Shown in pieces: positions 1 to 10,325 of a DNA stretch of 64,000 nucleotides. Below the pieces are notes generated by a model, which saw only the letters and a program-made list of their open reading frames with translations, did no database searches and had not been told where the DNA came from. Position 1 is the stretch's first letter. Each line of letters begins with the position of its first letter. Source of the stretch: Spongospora subterranea f. sp. subterranea (Eukaryota); contig JAUGWO010000037.1 of assembly GCA_049724395.1 (NCBI GenBank), forward strand, positions 1 through 64,000, in the 5' to 3' direction. The position numbers and the translations under genes were made by a program.

Positions 1-141
1 GGTATTCCGGGCACTGATGGCGACCTCCGCCACGGACTATTATATATATAGAACATCCAAATCCGTGAATAGGCCGCTAATGGCTCAGTTTATGCAATTT
101 GAACGCTGGAATTAGCGTTGATAATCATAATACAGAACATT

Positions 142-163
142 CCCTAAAACCCTAAACCCTAAA
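142..163 (+). repeat. Short telomere-like repeat remnant (CCCTAAAA-CCCTAAA-CCCTAAA)
   Basis: ccctaaaa ccctaaa ccctaaa read directly; C-strand of TTT(T)AGGG-type telomeric repeats; only three units; abuts the satellite array. Confidence 0.55.
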
Positions 164-168
164 GAAAC

Positions 169-2545
169 CTCCGTTCATCGATTTAGTCAAAATAACCAAT
201 CCCAAAACTCAAAAACACAAGTTTGAATTACTCTCAGACATTAATTCATCGATTTTCATCCAAGCAACACCTCACAAACTCAAAAGCACAATTTCAGTCG
301 CTCTCTGACACTCCTCTGACACATTTCTCTGACACTTTTCTGACACTTTCTCCGTTCATCGATTTTCATCAAAATAACCAATCACAAAACTCAAAAACAC
401 AATTTGAATTACTCTCTGACATTAATTCATCGATTTTCATCCAAGCAACACCTCACAAAACTCAAAAGCACAATTTCAGTCGCTCTCTGACACTCCTCTG
501 ACACATTTCTCTGACAGTTTTCTGACACTTTCTCCGTTCATCGATTTTCATCAAAATAACCAATCACAAAACTCAAAAACACAATTTGAATTACTCTCAG
601 ACATTAATTCATCGATTTTCATCCAAGCAACACCTCACAAAACTCAAAAGCACAATTTCAGTCGCTCTCTGACACTCCTCTGACACATTTCTCTGACACT
701 TTTCTGACACTTTCTCCGTTCATCGATTTTCATCAAAATAACCAATCACAAAACTCAAAAACACAATTTGAATTACTCTCAGACATTAATTCATCGATTT
801 TCATCCAAGCAACACCTCACAAAACTAAAAAGCACAATTTCACTTTTCGCTCTCATGACAAAACTCCTCTGACATCATTTCTCTGACAGTCGCTCTCTGA
901 CACTTCTGACACTTTCTCCGACACTTTCTCCGTTCATCGATTTTCATCAAAATAACCAATCACAAAACTCAAAAACACAATTTGAATTACTCTCAGTCTT
1001 CACATTAATTCATCGATTTTCATCCAAGCAACACCTCACAAAACTCAAAAGCACAATTTCAGTCGCTCTCTGACACTCCTCTGACACATTTCTCTGACAC
1101 TTTTCTGACACTTTCTCCGTTCATCGATTTTCATCAAAATAACCAATCACACTCAAAAACACAATTTGAATTACTCTCAGACATTAATTCATCGATTTTC
1201 ATCCAAGCAACACCTCACAAACTCAAAAGCACAATTTCAGTCGCTCTCTGACACTCCTCTGACACATTTCTCTGACACTTTTCTGACACTTTCTCCGTTC
1301 ATCGATTTTCATCAAAATAACCAATCACAAAACTCAAAAACACAATTTGAATTACTCTCAGACATTAATTCATCGATTTTCATCCAAGCAACACCTCACA
1401 AAACTCAAAAGCACAATTTCAGTCGCTCTCTGACACTCCTCTGACACATTTCTCTGACAGTTTTCTGACACTTTCTCCGTTCATCGATTTTCATCAAAAT
1501 AACCAATCACAAAACTCAAAAACACAATTTGAATTACTCTCAGACATTAAGGATTCATCGATTTTCATCCAAGCAACACCTCACAAAACTCAAAAGCACA
1601 ATTTCAGTCGCTCTCTGACACTCCTCTGACACATTTCTCTGACACTTTTCTGACACTTTCTCCGTTCATCGATTTTCATCAAAATCACCAATCACAAAAC
1701 TCAAAAACACAATTTGAATTACTCAGACATTAATTCATCGATTTTCATCCAAGCAACACCTCACAAAACTAAAAAGCACAATTTCAGTCGCTCTCTGACA
1801 CTCCTCTGACACATTTCTCTGACACTTTTCTGACACTTTCTCCGTTCATCGATTTTCATCAAAATAACCAATCACAAAACTCAAAAACACAATTTGAATT
1901 ACTCTCAGACATTAATTCATCGATTTTCATCCAAGCAACACCTCACAAACTCAAAAGCACAATTTCAGTCGCTCTCTGACACTCCTCTGACACATTTCTC
2001 TGACACTTTTCTGACACTTTCTCCGTTCATCGATTTTCATCAAAATAACCAATCACAAAACTCAAAAACACAATTTGAATTACTCTCTGACATTAATTCA
2101 TCGATTTTCATCCAAGCAACACCTCACAAAACTCAAAAGCACAATTTCAGTCGCTCTCTGACACTCCTCTGACACATTTCTCTGACAGTTTTCTGACACT
2201 TTCTCCGTTCATCGATTTTCATCAAAATAACCAATCACAAAACTCAAAAACACAATTTGAATTACTCTCTGACATTAATTCATCGATTTTCATCCAAGCA
2301 ACACCTCACAAAACTCAAAAGCACAATTTCAGTCGCTCTGACACTCCTCTGACACATTTCTGTGACACTTTTCTGACACTTTCTCCGTCCATCGATTTTC
2401 ATCAAAATAACCAATCACAAAACTCAAAAACACAACTTGAATCACTCTTTGCCATCAATTCATCCAATTTTCATCACAACAACATCTCACAAAACTCAAA
2501 AACACAACTTGAATCGCTCTCTGACATCAATTCATCGATTTTGAC
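169..2545. repeat. Tandem satellite, ~182-bp monomer, ~13 copies
   Basis: The ctccgttcatcgattttcatc anchor recurs every ~182 bp (catcg at 357 and 539). Each monomer has two related ~71-bp subunits plus short ctctgacac repeats. The + strand is strongly G-poor. Confidence 0.97.
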
Positions 2546-4214
2546 ATTCTCAAACTGACACTCTCTCTCTTTGATGCATCGCGGTTTAAAATTGATTCAT
2601 CGAATTTCACCGATTTTGGGCAATTCATAATCCCAAAAATTCAAGCTTGTCTGAATAAACACCTTGATCACGCTCCAAAACCCTTTCATCAAACTTCACC
2701 AACTATGGAAAACTGAAAATCGACACTTGAACAAGGTTGAAGCAACAATTTTCGCAACGACGAAAATCACAAAATTAGAAACCACAATAATTGTGATCAT
2801 GTCATGGATTGGGTTTGATCGATTAGACTTCAGACTGACGTCAGGTTGCTAATTGTGGTCCTTGATTGTTTTATTCTAGTCCCCAGTTTGCAAAAAACTT
2901 GGCCAATCCTGGCCAAACAAATTCCATACCTGTAAAACAGCTTCTGCTGTCGAAAAAATCGAACCGAATCCCCAAATGATGTCTCCTGTTTTGCTACTTC
3001 TTCAACGGCAGACAGGATGATGATTCCCACTCCGAGGAGCTCTTCTTCGTCTCTTACATGTCCAAGCCACTGAAAACCAGACCTGCCACAAATACGGAGG
3101 CAGGCCACTCTCTCACCACAATCGGCTGTCTTCGCGGGCTGTGCTCAACAACACAAACTGGTTCCATCAAATGGCAACTATCCTGCAACACACTAGGTTC
3201 ACTCAGACCTAATATTAATTCCGTTGTCGCCATCGACTTCACGAACCGAAAACGTTATAGATCCACAAAGCCGCAAACTAGTCACGATAAACAGGGGCTC
3301 CTGCAGAGTAAGCAGCAAACTTAAAAATCGAATCTGAGCATGATTTGATCCCCTGAAGAAATGCCGTCAAATTGAAGAAATACGGATTGGCGACCTGATC
3401 TGCCATTCAAAGAATGGCGAGGCTGTAGATGAAAACTGACGCAGGAAAAACATTCGTTGCTTTGAACAAAAAATTTGGTGTTACGAGGATCGTGGTGCTC
3501 AAACAATGTTAAACAATCGCGAATCAAAAGGCTTTCAGGTTGCAGAGAGAGTTTGAAATGCGCAGTGTCTGAATCTCAGAATGAAAGGGAAAAATACGGA
3601 TTGGTGAGATGGCCTGGCATTCAAAGTATAAAGAGGGTGTGATGAAAACTGACGGGAACCTGGGGATGACGAATCATTAAAATTGAAAACGTAGAGCGCG
3701 TGACTACTCAGTCCGAACTCAGTAACTGCAATTTAATCTTCGAGTTTAAGCAGACAGTAGCCCACACTGGATGAGAGAAAAAGTTGGGGAAACTGGCGAA
3801 CACAAATCAAAAGCTGAACAGGACCAATGATATTAATACGTCGACGAACCCATTTCAATAACTAAAGGTACAACGAGGACTCAGCACCGGCGCGCCATTT
3901 CGATTAGGCCAACGCAGCACCAACAACTATGACGCCACGAAGGCGAACGGTCGTCGCCGGTATGGACTCACCGCCTTCCCGATAACGCGCAGAAATCCTT
4001 CCAGATAACCATATCCAAACTTGGACGGCCAGGTGAAATACTGCGTGGGCACTGGCAAAATTTGGATTCGCCTCTAAAAACAGAGATGTCAACAAACGCA
4101 ACCGAAAGCGTTAAACGCTCTGAGAGCGTCAAAATGATTTTGTTTTTGGTCAAAAATTGAAAATCGGGGTTTTTTATCATGATAAAAAAGATGGTGTCGT
4201 TTGTTTTTGGTGAG

Positions 4215-6648
4215 CCACGATCCTCGAAGTGGTCTATACCTTTGGAGAATGCATAATTTACCATTGACCCAATAGACAGATCGATTGATGGAATATTATT
4301 ATTTCTCGAAATGAGAATCGATTTTGCTTCTTCTCCACGCATGGGCTGACCTGTTTTCTTGTGTGAGAAACACGGTGTATGATAATTGCAATCTGTGAGC
4401 TACGTTGACATACCTGACGTGATATGCAAAAGTACGATCAACATCTCCTGGAGTTGATCGCTCCATGTAAACCATTTCTGCACGTTAGGTTCGTTGAACG
4501 TGAGAGTTGTGCCGTCTGCGTAATCAACGAAAAACTTCCGGCAGTGAACGATAGCATGCCTACAAAATTGCTCGCCAATTAAACAAAATCGGTTCTTGGA
4601 GTCAGTCAGAAACGAATAGCCCTTGGTGTCATCGTGAAGATCATCAAATAATTTTCCATGAAGGATTTGATCTAGTAGCGTGAGCTGGAAACCAAGCAAT
4701 AAGAATTCTTTGGCATGCACCATCGCGTCGACGAAAAGCTTATCCACAAAACTAGAAAGACTGAGCAAGGATATGGAGAAGCCATTATTGGCACATGTCA
4801 AAGTGTGACACTTATCGTCAGCCCAATAGAAAATGGGCATTTCTGGCTGGGCGCTGAGTGTGACCGATAATATCCTCAACATCTCTCGCACGGTGTTGAA
4901 CGGCGAATTAGCACCATCGGTAATGAATTCGCAGAGATTTGTGAATGCCCTGACAAACCAAGAAGGAGATTGTTGAACATCAATTGGTTGACTGCATGAG
5001 TGCTTGGATGCTGCTTACATGTCGGAAAATGGCTCTGGGTTATTCTCCATCCACAGATGTTTCATCAGCTCCATTGTGATCATGGAACGGCCAATAAATT
5101 GTATCTCCGAGAGCGATGAGCTGATTCTGAGAGGACTTCGAAAAGTGTATGTAGACGAGTCGTCCGGCAGTAAGCAGGAATATATAATGAATCGATATAG
5201 CAACAAATTTGAATATGGTTCCTGCCAAAGTTGGCGGACGCAAAAGACACATAGAAGAATTTGTTGAATATTGCTCAGGACTTGCGAAGGTTGAATAACC
5301 TCGGGATTGACACAGGCGATGGCTTCGACAGAGAGGACAAGGTCTGGATCTTCTATCATGAGAGCAGCAGATTCCTGGTGGTTGTTGTGTATTCTGATGA
5401 GCATGAGAATCAACAGGCTCAAATGATGTGCACATCGGATCTTGGTGGATCGCTCCTGGTAGCCATGGAAGCCTCTGGTCTCCACATGGTCATTGCTGCC
5501 AAAATATATGTAAGTACACCGATCGTGCCGTCATCAATTTGCTAACCTGTTTCCAGATAATATTTTACGAGTGGCGACAAATGGAACACGTGGAAGCAAC
5601 ATGTGCACAGTGTCAATGTAATTAACGCAGGCGTCAAGGACAAGGCTCTCAAGAGGATCCTGATCGTTAGCGGGTGCGACAATCGCCATGAGTATCTTGG
5701 GTTCAAACAGCCCAAATTCGATTTCGATTATGCGATCCCAATTCGTGGCCCTAAAAAATGGGTGGCGACAACGTTCATCCAACCTGGCAGAGGACTGAAC
5801 GGTTTGATTGGCGAGATTAAGAGCATCAAAGGCCGCGGCAACATCATTAACATCGAGGTCATCGTGACGCAACAATGGTTCGAATGGCTTGACCGCGAAG
5901 AAGCTGCTCTTCGTACCTGTTTTCAAAAATTCATTCAATGCAGAAATATTGTGAGTTGGTAGTTTTGAACCTTTAAATATAGTTTGGACGTGGGTTTGAC
6001 GTAAGTGGTTGCCATCGAACGAGGACTCTGGATGCGCAATGGAAAGGTGCTTACGCATGGATTGCTTCTCCTTGCAACAGTAAAAACATAGAGTACATTT
6101 GAAACCAAAATGCATTTGATTCCAGACACAGGATCGAATGTTGTCGCGCTAGGAACCATGTATGGTTGAACCAATGGATGCTCACTGTCAGCTACATTTT
6201 CAATGATTGAAGACAAAACTTGCTGATTCATCATTTGTTGATTATGCTTATGAAGTGAATGGCGTGCGATACATCTTCTGTTGGGGTTCATTGCATACTG
6301 GCAGGCGGTGCAAACAATCAAACATAAGTCCGGGTGAATGAAATACCCATATTGTTTGAGATATTGTTCGGCATCTGTTTCAGCACAAACTGGCAAGATG
6401 GAGGGCGTAGAAGCGATGTTTCGACACTTGGACATGTGCATTTTCAACTTTGCAGGATTGTCGTTAGAATAGGAGCAGTCCGTAATTGGACATTCGAAGA
6501 GAGTGTTTGTTGCATTACGACGTATTGTGTAATGACATCCATTAGACAGTCGAATGATGACGGTCGTTTGGTGAGTTTGCCGAATATGAGTTTTTTTGGC
6601 CGAAATCGAGGCAAAGGCGAGGCTGCATTGTGGGCACGTGATTGCCAT
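4215..6648 (-). pseudogene. Frameshifted, truncated C2H2 + OrsD/DUF3505-like gene resembling the N-terminal region of fungal telomere-linked RecQ helicase (TLH)-type elements; no helicase domain seen
   Basis: Motifs in order across ORFs 5935-6726, 5534-6115, 5015-5485, 4400-4891 and 3968-4342: CPQC...HIRQTH, LIVCTACQYA, GFKCTLCFY..MRKH..VQTIF, HPFFRATNW, SPFNTVREML, GYSFLTDSKN. Removing a 63-nt GT-AG intron (4351-4413) gives LLHITSGQPMRGEE. Confidence 0.7.
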
Positions 6649-7026
6649 GCTCAGCTTGCATAGACACGACGGGTATGGCGCTGCGGGGTACCGTAACGAA
6701 TTGTCATGGTACCCGTTACAGTGCACGGACTTTTGTTCGCGCTATAAAACTGGCCTGTATTGGGGACCAAGAACATATCATATTTTTGATGTTTATGTTG
6801 AGCTAGAGATGAAGGAATTTGAATATTTGACAATTTGAGGATACAGTTGAGCAGCATTTTACGAGACCTTTCGAATGAACTGCTCAAAGTGGGGGTATTC
6901 GATCATGACCATTCATTCCTGGAGGGCTTGGAATGAATGGTACTTTTCAAAAGTACCCTATAGTCTGGGTACCCAGGTATCTATGTACTGCACGTGCACT
7001 CCACGGATTATTTATACAGTGCCCCA

Positions 7027-7179
7027 GGGCTTTTCAACGATATATAAAGTTGACCAAATGAGAAAGTCAGTTCGTCAAAGTACTTACTGTAACGATTCTT
7101 CCGGATTTTTGCGGGGCTTTTCAACGATATATAAAGTTGACCAAATGAGAAAGTCAGTTCGTCAAAGTACTGACTGTAA
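7027..7179 (+). repeat. Two near-identical ~66-bp direct repeats (period 87 bp)
   Basis: gggcttttcaacgatatataaagttgaccaaatgagaaagtcagttcgtcaaagtact(t/g)actgtaa at 7027 and 7114. Confidence 0.95.
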
Positions 7180-7356
7180 AATGTTGTACTCTATCTGGAA
7201 TTTTATTAGACGGGTCCGATAATTGATTGACAATATTGGAAGCCTTAGCTCAGTTTCATCTATATAAACCCCATGACATCCTGATGACATGTCAGGATAC
7301 ACAGCAGTTGTAGACAATCACCAGATGACTCAAATAAATTGCAGAATGTATTGTGG

Positions 7357-9599
7357 CTAAGCTTCTCCTGATATGACAGGGATGTCAGATGAGAAATCGC
7401 GAGGCTCAATGACCCGGTTATCAATGTTGTGAACAGCAATGTTCCATTCCGAATGTCGTGTTGACAATAACTGACGCAATGATTGCGGCAAATGACGATC
7501 CCCAGGACGTTCGGACATGAGAAAACAGGTCGCGCCTTGCAGCAATGCCAGTAGATCCCCCAAATCACTATCATATTCAGACATGTTGCTTGTACACGTC
7601 CTCGATTTGAAACAAGTAGAACCTCGCTGTCATACCGAAGCTCCAAATATCCGATTCGCGAGAGTACGATAGCGATGTGAGCGATTCGGGGGCAATGTAC
7701 CCATCAGTCCCAAACAGTCTGTGTGCGATTCCAGGTCCACTCGATGCACAATCAAAATCAGTTAAGCGCCACGCCTGAGCAGACAGAGAATACAATAGGT
7801 TATTTGGTGATATATCACGATGGACAACGTCAGCACGAGAAAGAGTATCGAGAGCAACAAGACCATCGACCATCAATCGGATCGCCAACAGACCCAATTC
7901 CTTGACCGATAAACCTTCCACAAGTACATCTGCCAGCATTTCTTCAGTGAGAACAACGCCTCGAGGCTGCAATTCGTGCCAATCATGAAGGACGACGATG
8001 CCGGGCCCTTGTGCCAGCAAAAGCAAACGCGCTTCTTGCAGTGTGCTCTTGGGCTTCTGCTTTACAACCACTGAGGCTCCGTTGGGCAGTTTCATGTTGA
8101 TCAACGACGTCCTTTCAATGTCTGATGGCCCCGACACCCTCGGCAACTTGCGAGGTCGGTTCGATGGGTCCTTTTGCGGAGTCCTAGATGAATGTGTTGG
8201 TCTGGATGATGGAGGATTCCGAAACGTTTCCGGGTATGAGAACATGTCGTTGTCACCACCAGACGTCAAGATGTTCGAATGCGTCTCAAATGCATACTGG
8301 CGAACAGTCTTACAAAACTGCCACAGTGGTGTTAGTGATTCTTCGATGTCTTGATATGAAACATGTTGAAACGAAATTGAATGGGCTCTCTTCGCCGCCG
8401 CGATCGCAGCCTTATTAGCAGCGCGGATGTCCATCGTATCAGCTAGAGCGAAGATATCTGACACATCAAAATCAATTTCGGGCGCTGCCTCGTCGGTGAT
8501 ATTGTTTGACGGAGATGACCCCATCGCTAGGTTATACGTCCACTCCCGATTCGAGTAAAAAATCATTGACACGCCTTCAGATTGGATTAACGGAACAATA
8601 ACACAGGGTACGAACTGTGTTCCGCCAATATAAAGCCCATACACACGTAATTTGGCTTTTTCTTGAAGTGGCAAATCACGGGTGACACCAAAATAATGCG
8701 ATCATTGCTGAAGCCATGTCGGTTGCCATCTTTCGGAAGTCTTTGTGATCGTCAGCATCAACCTGATGGGCAGAAATTTCAACAAACAGAAAGGGAATGG
8801 AATGCGCTTTGGTGTCTTGACCCCTGACCCTAAAGACGAGATCAATATAATGCTGGACAGGGTAATCAACCAGTGCCTTGTGTAGAGGAAACTCGAGTTC
8901 ACATGCAATGTTGGACGGTAAGAATGCACACATACATGCTCGTAGGAGAGGATCCCATAACCTGGCGTGATATTGTATTTCCGGTTTCCCAAAAACGGAA
9001 ATGTCGAGATACTTTACGAGATTGACGGCCAAGATCCATCTGGACTCATCATTGGAATGATCGAATAATGCTCCAATATCAATGTGAGACAGGTCTTCAA
9101 CGACAGGATGATCGACCTTGCTGAGAAGATCGTCAATCAAAGCAGGTACATCGTGTTTCATGTCCATCATGGAATATAGATCATGTTCCCGAAACACTCG
9201 ATCATGGACGATCCCGTACTCGGATAGAAGTACGGCACGATAGACATCAATATTTCCACAGACATCAATATTTCCAGGTATACGTTGAGAGTAATTGATG
9301 GCCTCTATTGATGCCTGCTTGACAAAAGGACCTAGCTTGAATGAATCGCCTTTGGAACGGCGAGGACGCAGCTTGTCAACCACACGCTTATACAGGATGT
9401 CAAAGGCAGACTCCGATAGATGTATCTCGCGAACAGCAAGTCTACAGAATTCTCTGATCAGCGTCGCATCCGCAACTTGTCCGCTTGCAGATTGGTGCAA
9501 TGTAATCAAATCAAAGATAAGATTGACCTGTTGCGCCATTGTTTCTTCATCGGCTTCTGTCGTCATTTGATGGTAAGAGACAAGATAGAAGAATGACAA
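7357..9599 (-). pseudogene. Intronless restriction-endonuclease-like (PD-(D/E)xK) domain + Ser/Thr protein kinase gene, broken by two apparent 1-nt frameshifts (~8676, ~7580)
   Basis: Kinase motifs VVVK, HRDISPNN, TDFD, GTDGYIAPE, SDIWSFG and, in the next frame, LMSERPGDR. The upstream ORF has YIDLVF...FLFVEIS...HKDFRKM, an REase-like pattern. ORFs 8676-9599 and 7577-8674 are 1 nt apart. Confidence 0.75.
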
Positions 9600-9669
9600 T
9601 CAGTTTAAGTCCGAGACGCCCCTCATCGCTAGAAATGGCACACCCTGATCCCCGGCCACTGAGCAGCCG

Positions 9670-9932
9670 AGTATCCCAGTCATGTTGTAATGCCCTATGG
9701 CCATACATTGTGTATCCCAGTCATGTTGTAATGCCCTATGGCCATACGAGTACGAATCCGGAGTTCCGTGGAAAGTACACACTCAAAACGGAGCTTTCTG
9801 TTGTCACGTTGTGTATCCCAGTCTTTGTCAAAGGCGGCGTGCTCTTCTACGTTGGAATGGCGAAGAGGAAACTTCGCTGGCATCTTGCATATGAAGTTAC
9901 CTTACCCGTCATTTACCTCGTTAACCAGCTAT
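9670..9932 (+). repeat. Small tandem duplication (gtatcccagtcatgttgtaatgccctatggccatac x2) followed by an inverted copy (9786-9932) of the 3' end of the adjacent transposase gene (10328-10465)
   Basis: 9786-9932 is a diverged reverse complement of 10328-10465; both encode FVKG(G/D)VLFY(V/D)GMAKRKLRWHL. Confidence 0.9.
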
Positions 9933-10325
9933 CATTGCATATACGTGAATTTTCGCATAGAATTTCGATCTGTGCATCTACAATGGCACAAACATCACAA
10001 CGTTAATCATTTTATTAAGTTAAGAGCCTTAATGCGCAATTCTTGTGGGTGAATCGACTGGATGCATTCCATGTCACAATGGAAGGAGAGCTTCTGCTTC
10101 CAATAAAGCTTTACATTCGTGACCTTGGTCACTACAACCTCTGGGCATCTCAAGATATAGCTTTGTTGCATCCAGAACATTTCGGTACTGGACCTTTGTT
10201 GGCGACGTGAACAATTCGAATATCAGTTGGATACGCATCTGTCTTAGGAGAAAATGGATGAGCAAGCTCATGTGATGGGTTTGTTGGTTCGACGACCTGT
10301 TTCGTACTCTTCCCCGTTTACGATA

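Noticed and set aside
223..2172. Three identical 92-aa ORFs
   Set aside because: Chance products of the G-poor satellite with non-ATG starts; not genes
169..2545. Possible CRISPR-like array
   Set aside because: Units repeat in full with no unique spacers; eukaryotic context and no cas genes
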